Assembly (NCBI RefSeq): GCF_006345805.1
Contig: NC_043013.1
Coordinates: 3,224,001 to 3,288,000 of the forward strand
DNA length: 64,000 nt
Source of the DNA: Octopus sinensis
Taxonomy: Eukaryota
Reading direction: 5' to 3'
Shown: positions 24,275 to 36,707 of the stretch, piece by piece
Layout of the letters: the number at the start of each line of letters is the position of its first letter
Position numbering within the stretch: position 1 is the stretch's first letter
Notes under the pieces: generated by a model
Databases searched by the model: none
Seen by the model: only the letters and a program-made list of their open reading frames with translations
Told to the model about the DNA's origin: nothing
Position numbers and translations under genes: made by a program

Positions 24275-26419
24275 ATGTATATATGTACGTATATATGTAG
24301 GTACATACATACGTACATAATGTTCTTAGATGGGTTGGTGTGTGACTGTTATCTCATCCTTACTCAAATGCCAATTCAGATAATTTAAAAAATGATTTGC
24401 GTAACGATGAATACAAAAGACAAAACCTTTATCCATTAAAATATCCCGGTTCGTTGCAGAAAATGCAACAAATCTTAGCGACAAAGTAAACGACATCCAT
24501 TGAGAAGGGAGATAATTACAAAAGATTAAAAACGTTAACTTATCAAATTTAATTACAAACTTAATGTAAGGAAGGTCTGGTCGTTTCTTAGGAATATCTC
24601 AAAACATATTTTAATCAGTTAGGCCCTACTGAATCGAATCTATACCATTTGACTTATCTTCCCTAGATCTTTGAATGTTGTTGTTTTAATCGGGCTTACT
24701 ATACTGGTTAAAAATAATTTGTTACTCTTTGACTAAATGCCAAATCGTTTGTCATCTTATCAAGTGGGCTTAATAGTTATCCATGGGCTAGTGACGTGTT
24801 TACACACGTATTATCAATAAGGAGAGTTTCTTCTCTCGAGACTATCTGGGCAGCGAATTATCTTTCAATATACATGAACATGCTAAATACGATCGTGCAT
24901 AAATATTTCTCATCCAACCCTCCTTTGTATACCCCTAATTAATTTATTCTAGCTTGACAAATATTCTCGCACATCAGCAAATGTATCGTAAGAGCAATTG
25001 GTTCTTAATCACCATAAACGATGGTTTGAAACACTTAGATGATGAAATACCAAACATCTCTATTTTCCACTCGGGACATTCCTTGGTTTCTCCAAGAACT
25101 GTTAACTACTATCTTCGATTGAGGATATTCCATATTTCTGTATTTTCTTATTTCTCTCTCTCTCCGATGACGGAAACTTAACCGTAGTGGAATTCGTCAC
25201 TCAGTAACATATGATCCGCTTGCTTAGCTTTTCTAGAAACAGCTGTAGAAGACTTTACGTATTATTACAACTACTCTGAACTATGTTTATATTATAAATT
25301 AAATGTTCTAGAATGATGCCAAATGTTTTGCTTGTTCGTTGTCTGTTTTAATGTATACACACACACAAAGAGATATATGTGGGGTATTTTTACAATTCTT
25401 ACCAATCCCATGGTTTCAGTACCTTGCTTACAGACTCTGCACTGTCTCCTCTGCCCTCCGTCGTGTCTTATTCCTCTTTTATTTTCTCTTTTCATGTTCC
25501 TGTTCTACCTGGTCATTTTGCATTTTTACTTCAGGTAATTCCTTTGACATCGCCTCCACTACTTCTCTGACCTTGCTCTTAATACGAACTTTCCCTCTCC
25601 CTTTGCTTCTCCCCTCATCGCTCCTCCCCCACACTACCCTTACATTACCTTTTCAAGTCTTTCTTTTAAACTCACTTGTCTGTGACCCTAGTAATACAAC
25701 CGTTATAGAGCGACCGGTAACCGAATATGGAATTTTTCAGTCTTCACAGCAAATTATTTCACTGTAAGTGATTTTCTCCGAGAAAAAAGGTCGTGATATC
25801 AATCCATCCCGAGTTACAAGTATACTGAAAATTTGGCGGTTCAGGAGAAGGATGAAGCAAAAAAGTGCCTCGAGTTTAGAGAAATAACAGGCTGCAACGA
25901 GACTAATAGAAAGAGACTAGACTCAGTGAAATGGTGGTCAAACACAAAAAGGAAAAGAGAGACAAGATAATACAGGAAGTGTGTAGGGAGAGGATGCCAA
26001 AGGTATCAAGAAGGTAGACTAGAAGAGCCAGTAAGGAACGATGGATGACGGGGAGGAGTCTTAGCTGGAACGACATAAGACATGTGGAACCTTTGAAGAT
26101 CAGCTTCGTCCACATTTCTGTATATAACCTCTTGCTTTCAACTACCGACCTGAAGAAGACTTGGGCAGGGGGCTCGATAAACCTGTAAGCCCAATCTGAC
26201 AAGGCAAACAAACAATGTAGCATGTCCTAAATTCACTGTAGGTTACACTAGTCCAAGAGGGGTACATATGAAGGCACAATGAAATGCTTAAATAGACCGT
26301 ACATGCGATTTGACATTAGAAGCTCCACCAGTGTTTTACTTGGCAGTTGTTAAAAATCATTTGTGTCCTGGAACTGTTCCACCAATACATTATGGAAACA
26401 ATGTAACAAATAGCTGGGA

Positions 26420-26800
26420 TTGGTATGAGATATTGTACTCACGTCACTTTCAACAAAACAAATGATTCTGATTGAACTCACTATGCCGGATAAAGGTTGA
26501 ATGAAGGAAGCCCACATTTACCAGACTAAGAAATGTGCCAGTTTAGACGTCAACGTGAAAAAACATTGCTTCCAGACCAAAGTCCTCACCACATATGTAA
26601 GTCTTGAGTGGTTCTTAAATAAATCTATCTATGATCTTGTGAAATAAACGGATCAGAAGCCTGAATCTGGTCATGGAAAATTAATTTCAGACGCCATAAT
26701 GTTCTCTATGTATAACTGGTGTTTCAGACTGAAGTGGTTACAACATCGAACGCACCTTGACTCTGGAGCAGCTGACAACCCAGCAAGGTGCAGCTCAAAT
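26420..26800 (+). pseudogene. Decayed HERO/NeSL-like restriction-endonuclease LINE fragment
   Basis: FSTKQMILIELTMPDKG*MKEAH resembles the xTKQxIxIELTVPWEExxxEAHERK motif of HERO-type RLE domains. Confidence 0.5.
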
Positions 26801-27009
26801 CACAAACACTGGCACAAAATGCAGCAGAAAAGAGGTATCCAGGTGTCATGACCTAAATGCAGTTTGGACCCCGTTACAGAGTAAGAAGTTAAGGGCCGAA
26901 ATACTTACATAAAGGAGACTTTTTGTTGCTCAACTCGACCTAAAGTTTCTTACTATCTATCTTCAAAGGTTTGTGGATAGTTGTTTGCGACGCACATCAA
27001 TACCAATTT

Positions 27010-27093
<84 letters not shown>

Positions 27094-27100
27094 CATACAT

Positions 27101-27220
27101 ACATACATAGATGGTAGTTGTCCTCTCCTTATGCACAGTTCAGTTTGAACATCATGACGTCTGATGTGGCTTTTTAAACCAGACAATGTTTTGAAAAGAC
27201 ACCCACATAGATTGCAAGTA
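27101..27220 (-). mobile_element. LINE 3' end encoding one C2H2 finger, with a (TATG)n tail
   Basis: CNLCGCLFKTLSGLKSHIRRH at about 27153-27216, then GAGGACAACTACCATC and TATGTATG. Confidence 0.6.
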
Positions 27221-27346
27221 TTGCAACACCGACGGAAGAAGTGTATGGAACGCAAGGGATACTATGTTGAAAAATAAACCTCGTTTGGTCACATCTCATG
27301 AGAATATATTCGTCAGTCTATGAACTTTTCAACCGACTCTCAAACG
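27221..27346 (-). mobile_element. Mariner left-end (TIR/subterminal) fragment
   Basis: TA|CGTTTGAGAGTCGGTTGAAAAGTTCATAGACTGAC..TTTATTTTCAACATAG..CACTTCTTCC resembles irritans-type mariner ends. Confidence 0.5.
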
Positions 27347-27348
27347 TA

Positions 27349-27592
27349 CATACATTATGGCTGCCCCCTCGTTATCGAGTATGGCCATTGCACGAAGCTT
27401 GACTGTTACTGGTGCTGTGATCGAATGTGACTTTTTAGCCCAGCTAAAGATCCATAATGTCTTGTACAGAATTAGCAACTAAAACCTTTACCGGTAATAG
27501 CCGGCTGTAGTTGTAACTGGGCTTCATGTACCTTTGCATGTTGTTTAAGTCCTCCTGCCGAATTACATTCTCTTCCACATGCCTGACAGATA
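27349..27592 (-). mobile_element. LINE 3' end encoding two C2H2 fingers (one in-frame stop), short 3' UTR and TATG tail
   Basis: [45 protein letters not shown] (stop at 27408-27406), then GCAATGGCCATACTCGATAACGAGGGGGCAGCCATAATGTATG. Confidence 0.7.
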
Positions 27593-27660
27593 CATACATA
27601 CACACATACATACATACATACATACATACATACATACATACATACATACATACATGCATA

Positions 27661-28477
27661 CATACCATGATACTTTGTCCACGCCACGCGTCTCTCTGCA
27701 TGACAGATGCGTCTCTGTAGCGTTCACTCCTCCTACACCACACCCTCACTCTGCCATCCGAAGTGGAAACGCAGTATCAGCTCTCGCCAGAGAAGATTAT
27801 CAATCTCCAATGTTGATGTCGCGCTGTGTAGCCCACTGTAGTCGTGCCCGACGGTGGAAGGCGGTGAGGAAAGACCTTCAAGCAGGGTGATGGCAACACA
27901 GGTTGCTGGCGGCCAGTCGACGTCGTACCGAGCCGTCACTGATGGGTCGCTGTCCAGTGCCAAAAGTATCGAGCACGGAGGTGCTGCAGGTGGATGAAGC
28001 GGTCATTCCTGGGCGTGGTCACCCGAGTCGCCCTCTGCGGGCACGCTGTGCAGTGCTGTTGGTATTGTTGTATCGCTGTTGCAGATGGTGCTGACATGAA
28101 TATTGTAAGCTTTCGCAACAACCAGGGCACGATGCCCTGCTTGCAATCGGCCGATAGCTTGTTCTCTCTGCGCTGCTGACAATCGGGTCATACTTCATGC
28201 GTCCAAATTACGAATGCCAGGAACTCAGTTCAAATTCCTTTTTATACCCATAACCCTCTATGAGATGCACGTGCATTTCGGTTTTCATCACAATTGTTTG
28301 TGACTGCCACCCACGGCATTCAACGCAGCTGCGTTTTGGCGTCTCGCTTCATAGTAAGTTGAAAGGTTACCTGCAATTTGGGTCTCAGCCATAAACCAGC
28401 ATCCCCAAAATAAACATTCAGAATTTACCATATAAAAATGACATTTGAAAAAATCACGTTTCTTTTGCGGTTCAGTG
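27661..28477 (-). mobile_element. Tc1-like element B: left TIR plus N-terminal half of the transposase, ending at a (TATG)n tract
   Basis: TA|CACTGAACCGCAAAAGAAACG end; MTRLSAAQREQAIGRLQAG..RVTTPRNDRFIHLQHLR..RARLQWA..GQSIMV. Confidence 0.88.
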
Positions 28478-28646
28478 TATGTATATACATATGTATATAT
28501 ACATGATATATATATACTTTGATACTTTGATACTTTGATAGGTTTCGGCCATTATTGGCCCAGGCCATGTCTAACTTAATAGCACCACCTATATATATTT
28601 ATATATATATATATATATATATTTATATGTATATATGTACATGTGC

Positions 28647-28692
<46 letters not shown>

Positions 28693-28699
28693 TGTTTAA

Positions 28700-29690
28700 A
28701 AACATAAGGACACAGTATGCTTGTGTCGCATCGCATCTTTTGTACATTGAATGCACCAAAAGATTAATGAAGGCCATAGGGATAGCAGCCCACACTGTTA
28801 AATCTTGCAGTGAGTTGTGCCGCAGTTATCGGCTTTGAACGGATGTCATTTAGCCTTCTTTGGATTTCGTCGCGCAGGTGCTCTATGGGGTCCAAGTCCG
28901 GACTTAGGGCAGGCAATGGCAGTGTCCGGATGTTGTACTTTTGAAGAAAGTCTGTAGTCAACCTGGAAGTATGAGCACGGGCGTTGTCTTGTTGGAAAAC
29001 GTGATTCCGATAACGAGCAAAGTATGGCATAATGTGAGGCCTCATCACTTGGACGATATAGAGAGCAGCAGTTACTCCATTGCCCCGGGACTGGTCGATG
29101 TTTTGGAAGACCACTGGTTCAAGTTTCTGGTTGAGCGCAATCCCGCCCCATACCATAATGCTGTCCTTCTCATGAGTCTTCCTCCACCATACAGCCATCG
29201 GAATGACGTTCACCCTTGCTCTGTAACCTTCCACAGAAATGCAATGTCGACTTTCGTCACAGAAGACTACACATCCTCCACTACAGATATCGCCAGTTCT
29301 GATGTTTTTGAGCCCACCGCAGACGTGTCCGTAGACGGCGATCTGTGAGGATGGATCACATAACCGGACGTCGACAAGACAGATTGAAAGATCTCAGCCG
29401 GCGGCAAACTGTCTTTGCACAAATGGGTCTGTGGTGAGTTGCGATGGTCTTCCTGGCTGATTCTGTTGCCCTCCGGAATCGGTCCTGCAAGTGCAGTCGG
29501 TACAGGTGGTAATCTTGACGTGCCGTTGTAATCCTCGGTCAACCATCGCGTGGACTATCATCCGTACTGTTTGTGGCATTGCATCGTTCCCTCAGCCACT
29601 CACATGTCTGAATACTGCAGTTCAAGTCATTAGCAATGACCCATGAACGTTGACCAACATGGAGACTCTCGACAGCTTGCTACGTTCGGG
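28700..29690 (-). pseudogene. Tc1-like element A: decayed DD34E transposase without visible TIRs
   Basis: VVFCDES (D1); SIMVWGGI; FQQDNARAH (D2); exactly 34 residues to E in SPDLDPIEH; N-terminal PRITTARQD..RLRWAQKH. Confidence 0.93.
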
Positions 29691-29699
29691 AAACGAATT

Positions 29700-30060
29700 A
29701 ATTCTTTATTAACCACTATGGGTCAAAATATAGAGGGGACAATACAAGACAGACAAACAATAGGGGGAGGGTCAAAAATAAAAAAAGCAAATGTAAAAAA
29801 CAGAAAAAAATGGAGTAATAGACACAGGGAACCCCACCAACCAGGCATCATCACTGAACCCTGTCCAGATTACAGTTTTTCCTTGTGGTAAAATACAATT
29901 GAAATATGTAAAAGGTAAGCTTGGAACAACGTTACAACAAATCCATACAAAAAATTCAAATAAAAAAGCCTTTCATGCTCTCTCTTGAAACATTCTTAAA
30001 TTCACTCAAACAGACCGTTATCATTCACCCATTTTTGGAGGGTTTGGAACACTTATTTTA
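29700..30060 (-). mobile_element. Probable LINE 3' end whose terminus matches the SINE A tail
   Basis: Minus strand ends TTGTTTGTCTGTCTTGTATTGTCCCCTCTATATTTTGACCCATAGTGGTTAATAAAGAA. Upstream sequence is not SINE A body. Confidence 0.5.
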
Positions 30061-30186
30061 AATTACTTTTTAATTTATTTTTAAAGTTCGTTTTTGTGTT
30101 TAGATGGAGGGGGTTTAACATATGCATTTGTGTATCTGGGCTGGTTTTTTGGGGAGATGATGGACGTGATATTTCCTGTGTACACA

Positions 30187-30230
<44 letters not shown>

Positions 30231-30235
<5 letters not shown>

Positions 30236-30427
30236 TTGTTTCAGTCATTTGACTGCGGCTATGCTGGAGCACTGCCTTTAGTCGAGCAAATCGACCCCGG
30301 GACTTATTCTTTGTAAGCCCAGTACTTATTCTATCGGTCTCTTTTGCCGAACCGCAAAGTGACGGGGACGTAAACACACCAGCATCGGTTGTCCAGCAAT
30401 GCTAGGGGGACAAACACAAATACACAA

Positions 30428-30484
<57 letters not shown>

Positions 30485-30650
30485 TACGACAGGCTTCTTT
30501 CAGTTTCCGTCTACCAAATCCACTCACAAGACATTGGTCGGCCCTGGGCTATAGCAGAAGACACTTGCCCAAGGTGCCACGCAGTGGGACTGAACCCGGA
30601 ACCATGTGGTTGGTTAGCAAGCTACTTACCACACAGTCACTCCTGCGCCT
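30231..30650 (-). mobile_element. SINE B, full length
   Basis: Both halves and the internal (TA)/(TG) microsatellite are present. Confidence 0.92.
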
Positions 30651-30729
30651 ATATCTAGACTATATCTATCTAGCGAACAAACTGTTGGTGTCTTGTGTGT
30701 AACATATGTGAGTTTTGGATCGTCTATGC

Positions 30730-31440
30730 TTACTGTTTCAAGGCTCTGTGTGTGCACTGTGGCTACTGATTTTTGAACACTTTTATGAGTGCGAGGAAGG
30801 GTGTCATTTTCTTTCTTTTCTTTTTCTCTTTTCCTCTGTCCATTCGTCGCCGCTTTCGGCAAGAGTTGACACAACTTATAGGACTTTCTTCTCTTTCGGG
30901 CTTCTTTATTATAGTTTTAGATAACTTCTTTTCTTTCGGGATGTTCTCTTTTGCTAGGTTAGGCTGGTTGGTCAGTGGTACGTAGGTCGGCTTATCTTTT
31001 TCGACGCCAGTTGGTTCTTCCGTTTGTACTGGTTTGCTGGATGGAGGGTGTTCCCCGGCTGTAGGCACTTAGCTTTTATGTGGCCCTTCTGTCTACACCC
31101 GAAGCACCTTGGGCTTCTACCCTCTACGATAACCCTTATTTTTGTCTCATCCGACAATATAATAAATTATGAAATTTCTTCCAGATCTCTTTGGATCGCC
31201 TGGATTATCAGTTCTGGTGTTGCGTTCTGGAAGTTGAAACGAGACAGACCTCATCTTTCTGATTGAACAATAAGGCTACTAACAGCCATCCATCGGTGAG
31301 TTCTGGAGGGATCCCCCCTATTTTAATTGTGGAGGTCCTTCTTCCGAGGTAAGTCGGAAGCAATATTAGTTCTTACAAAATTTAAAGTTTTCTTTGAGTA
31401 TTCATTTGCTTCTCTTTTTGGAAGCGAACCTCACCGCGTT
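30730..31440 (-). pseudogene. Decayed LINE ORF1 (gag-like CCHC zinc knuckle) fragment
   Basis: IRVIVEGRSPRCFGCRQKGHIKAKC (CX2CX4HX4C) followed by a basic, low-complexity tail; multiple stops. Confidence 0.8.
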
Positions 31441-32170
31441 TCTTTTGTAGTTCAATATACACAGACACAGACGCGCACGCACGCGCATATATACGCTTAC
31501 ACCCTCCCACCTATGCTATTCTAAACCTATTCACAATCCTCGTGTTCTATTAATATCTAATGCAGCATAGAACACATATTTTATCAGAAATTAGTAATGT
31601 TTTACCTAGAGCAATTCCGGAACTAAATCTAGTTTTGAATAACACGTTTTCGCCATTAAAAACAGTGAATTGTAAATTTGTAACCAAATAAAAAGAACAG
31701 CGGCGACGACGACTGATGGAACATCTTCATCTATTTAATGCATCAATAGCACATAAACACATACATTCATACATACATACATACATACATACATACACAC
31801 ATACATACATACATACATACATACATACACACATACATACATACATACATACATCCATACATACATACATACATATATACACACATACATACATACACAT
31901 ATACATACATACATACATACATACATACATACATACATACGCACATAGAGACGGGCAAACAGACAGACATACTTATACACATATTCGTGCGTGTGTGTAA
32001 GAGTCTGTGTGTGTACATATTAAGTCACACACACACACATATAACTATACATACAGTACATATGTATTTGTGTATGTGTGTATGTATATATGCATACTTA
32101 CATATATACGCGCAGGTATATACATATATATATATATGTATATACATATATATATATATATAAATACATA

Positions 32171-32221
<51 letters not shown>

Positions 32222-32276
32222 AATACATATATATGTATGTATATATATATATGTATATATATATATTTATATATAT

Positions 32277-32676
32277 GGAGTGGCTGTGTGGTAAGTAGCT
32301 TGCTAACCAACCACATGGCTCTGGGTTCAATCCCACTGCGTGGCATCTTGGGCAAGTGTCTTCTGCTATAGCCCCGGGCCGACCAATGCCTTGTGAGTGG
32401 ATTTGGTAGACGGAAACTGAAAGAAGCCTGTCGTATATATGTATATATATATATGTATGTGTGTGTGTGTGTGTTTGTCCCCCTAGCATTGCTTGACAAC
32501 CGATGCTGGTGTGTGTTTACGTCCCCGTCACTTAGCGGTTCGGCAAAAGAGACCGATAGAATAAGTACTGGGCTTACAAAGAATAAGTCCCGGGGTCGAT
32601 TTGCTCGACTAAAGGTGGTGCTCCAGCATGGCCGCAGTCAAATGACTGAAACAAGTAAAAGAGAGTAAAGAGAGTA
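32277..32676 (+). mobile_element. SINE B, full length
   Basis: Consensus match, near-identical to the 30231 and 38949 copies. Confidence 0.92.
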
Positions 32677-32680
32677 TATG

Positions 32681-32711
<31 letters not shown>

Positions 32712-33586
32712 TACATATATATGTTTTTATATATGAATTCGCATACATGTATACATATGAATAAATAGAAAGAGAGAGAGAGAGACAGAGACAGACAGAC
32801 AGACAGACAGACAGGCGGACAAATAGAACAGAAGAGAAAGGACTTGATATTCAAAAGTACACATAATTTTTTTAAAATTTTACTTAAACTTATATTTGCA
32901 TCTAAATATTTGGGAATGTAAGTATAGGAAACCATAGATATACCTATCTATGTACCTACCCACCTACCGACATACATACATACATACATACATACATGCA
33001 TGCATATATACATACACATATACATATACATACATGAATGCATAAATGCATACGTATATGCATACACTTGTGTGTAATCAGGAATGTGTTTTGTGTAAAT
33101 TAAAAATGAAAATGTAACAGGAAATTGCCACTGATGCTGCAAAACCTAAAACTGCGGCTTTAACTGGGGACAGTGGACGACTTAGTAATATGTACTATGC
33201 CTTCGTTAATTATTTTAGGTGCCTGTGTAGTTGCCAGTAGGCTTAGACACATTCTCAGCTCCTCAACTTTGATTCGGAGAAAGAACCAGAATGTGACCAA
33301 TGATAGGAGAGAGGACTGCAGCAGCTAGTACATTCTTTATCGATCTCGAAATCTCGAGGGAAATCTCCTCTACGCTTGAACTCAGAGAGCAGAGAACAGG
33401 ATCAAATATTGCAACGTATTTCATCTGACGTTCTTACCAATTTGACCAGCATTTCTGATGCAAAAGTCGTGTAGAAAAAACATAAACAGGGCTTATCCGG
33501 TATTTTTTCCGCACTGCTACGTGCTTTTTCTAAAGCATGAGGGCGCTTCACACAACTACCGTATATAAATATATACATACACATAT

Positions 33587-33634
<48 letters not shown>

Positions 33635-33739
33635 CATGAGTGTGTATGTATAAATATATATATATGCATATACGCGCACATATATACACGCATACACATA
33701 CATATATGCATACATACTTATATATACATACACACATAC

Positions 33740-33778
<39 letters not shown>

Positions 33779-34429
33779 GATGAGTGTGTACGTATATAAA
33801 TATATATATATACATATACACGCACGCGCATACACATATATACATACTTGTACATACATACACACACATACATATATACATACATACTTGTACATACATA
33901 CACACACACATACATATGTATATATATATATATATACGTGCATGCAGATAAATACATGCAACCACATATACAAGTTGACACTTGAATCTTTTGTAAATGT
34001 GCGCAGAGCCAATCGTGTCAAGTCCCTGCAGGTTACTTGTCTTTCAATATCACAAAGTGGACTGGAGAATAACGATACAGCGCTGCTGCTCATAACAATC
34101 GCACTAATTTTGATAGCTCGATTCGTGATGGTTATTTTTATCAGTTCATTACGTCCATTTTACAAAGGGGAAGAGGACCGATGGTGAGGTATCTTGCTTG
34201 TCCACTTTACAATTCTTATTTCTATGCTTTATTCCCCCCCACCCCCTCTAAACATAGCATCGGGGTCCTTTTGCGCAGATCCTTTGACGTTAAGACATCT
34301 TGATTGCCTTCCAGATGCCGATAGCATCAAGGCACTTGATTACACTAATTGCTTTCATCTCCTAGGAAATATCTTGAAGACATATCAATAACACGCTTGC
34401 CTCATCCTCGTCCTTATCGTAGACATTGT

Positions 34430-34585
34430 CATCGTCGTCATCATCATCATCATCATCATCATCATCACTATTATCAGAGCCCTTGTGGCTAACAATGAAA
34501 ATATTAATATTGTTCTTATTGTCATTACTATTAGAGCTCTTGTGGGTAATAATGAAGTTATTGTTGTTATTGTTATTGTTAGTGT

Positions 34586-34617
<32 letters not shown>

Positions 34618-34670
34618 GTAGTAGTAGTAGTAGTAGCAGCAACAGCAGTAGTAGTAGTAGTAGTAGTAGT

Positions 34671-34729
<59 letters not shown>

Positions 34730-34745
34730 TAGTAGTAGTAGTAGT

Positions 34746-34806
<61 letters not shown>

Positions 34807-34850
34807 AAAAAGAAGAAGCAGCAGCGGCAGCGGCAGTAGCAGAAGTAGAA
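34430..34850. repeat. Compound trinucleotide array (CAT/ATT/AGT/AGC)n
   Basis: Read directly. Confidence 0.9.
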
Positions 34851-35089
34851 GAGGTATTCTATCAAGTTCATTGATGTAGTCTTCCTGAAATTGTAATTAG
34901 ATTTTAATGCAAAAGTCCAAACATATAGGTAACATCGATTACTATCGAAGGATAACAGGCACACATCTTTACACATGCTCCTATTTTTTAATACCATTTA
35001 AATTTTCTTTTTCACGTGACTTCATGTCAGTCCTCAAAATAATCATCGTTCTTATGTTGCACCAGCCTTCGATATCCTTCTTGCATCAA

Positions 35090-35548
35090 TCATCATCATC
35101 ATTGTTCGACCGTGGTCGAGACAATGGAATTTCCTATGCTACGCCAGACTTCACGGTCCATCATAGCATTACGGAGGTCCTGTTGCTGGATGCCTGTATC
35201 CCTGGTGATTACATCAGGGTAGGAGAGTGTGCGCCCTCTGGTATCGCGAGTAGATGGTTTCCAGAGGAGAAGAGTAGAAATTGCCTTGTTTTCAGCTCTA
35301 CAACAATGTCCAGCAAACTGAACTCTCCTACTTTTCACAAGAGATGATACAGGTGGTAGTTTTCCATATATTTGTATTCAAATCTTCAAAGCCACAGTCG
35401 AACCAATTCTACTAAATGGCTCAGAAACCTGGACGTTATCAAAGAAGCTTGCGAGGCGGTTGGATGGAACTTACACTCGCCTCCTTATGAGAGCTCAAAA
35501 TCTCTCGTGGAAGCGTCATCCAACCAAAATACAAATATATGGGAAACT
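35090..35548 (-). mobile_element. 5'-truncated RTE-clade LINE with an inverted 5' segment (35378-35548 in + sense) and 10-bp TSD
   Basis: 35090-35377 is the RTE 3' end on the minus strand (KSRRVQFAGHCCR..MMDREVWRS..VEQ*, (TGA)n tail). 35378-35548 is the adjacent upstream RTE region on the plus strand (IFKATVEPILL..SETWTLSKKL..HPTKIQIYGK). TSD CTTGCA(T/C)CAA at 35080-35089 and 35547-35556. Confidence 0.88.
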
Positions 35549-36675
35549 TGCACCAAATAATATCAGTAATATATTTAGATACGTTCGTAGTGCCCTTCAT
35601 GTTACTTGTCATAGTCTTCTGAAATAACCAGCATATGGATTTTCATTCCCATATTGATGAACATATTGATGAACACAATCAAGCATGATTTCATTTTGCT
35701 GTCTGCAATCTGAAGAACTTTTGCAAGAAATTGTTCAGTAACATATGATTGCAAGTTCTTAGATGAAATTTAGATATACTATACCACAAGTGAACCTTTT
35801 ACATTCATCTTCATGTGAAAATGCCTTCAACTACAGATGTAAAATATTGCATGGGTATTTGAATCTTCTGCTAACTTTATTAAAATATTTTACAATTCTC
35901 TCAAACTCTAACATCAAAGAGAGTTCCGTAAGATATTTTTTTTTAAATCATGGAAAAACAAAGGCTGGTATACATGGGCGACCGCTGTCTTCCATAAACA
36001 ACATTGCCAGGACTTGTGCCCTGCTGGGGAACTTTCTAGGTGCTATCCCATGGTCATTCATGACCGAAGGGAGTCTTTACCCAAATATACATTTATATAA
36101 TATATAGATCTATATATATATATATATATATAATATATATATATATCATATATATATAATATCTCGCACCACGATGTGAATTGCTATACTGCGATTTGCC
36201 AATCTTCCCCTCCTGATGAAGGAAGCCGGTTTACAGTAATGTCTATATGTATTCATCTACTGATTGCATATCCATAGCGTTTTGCACACGCCATCTGATA
36301 AGTATGGACATTGCAACTATCAAGTAATTCAGAGCTCTGTCAATTTAAAAACTATGCATTTTCCCCTCAATTTTCTGTAAATTTATTTGTCGATATATAT
36401 ATATAAATATCTATATGATTGTACATAAGTATTTATCATCAGAACATTTTCAGTTTTTATATATCGCTATAGATATCTACATGTCTAAATCTATATATGT
36501 ATGCATATTTATATATATCAATTATATATAATCATGTTCATCACTATCTCTATCTCTCCCTCTCTCTCTCTCTCTCAATGTATATACATATATATATATA
36601 TATACACACACATGTATATACATACATATATATATATACATGTATATACATATATATATATGTGTGTGTGTGTGC

Positions 36676-36707
<32 letters not shown>

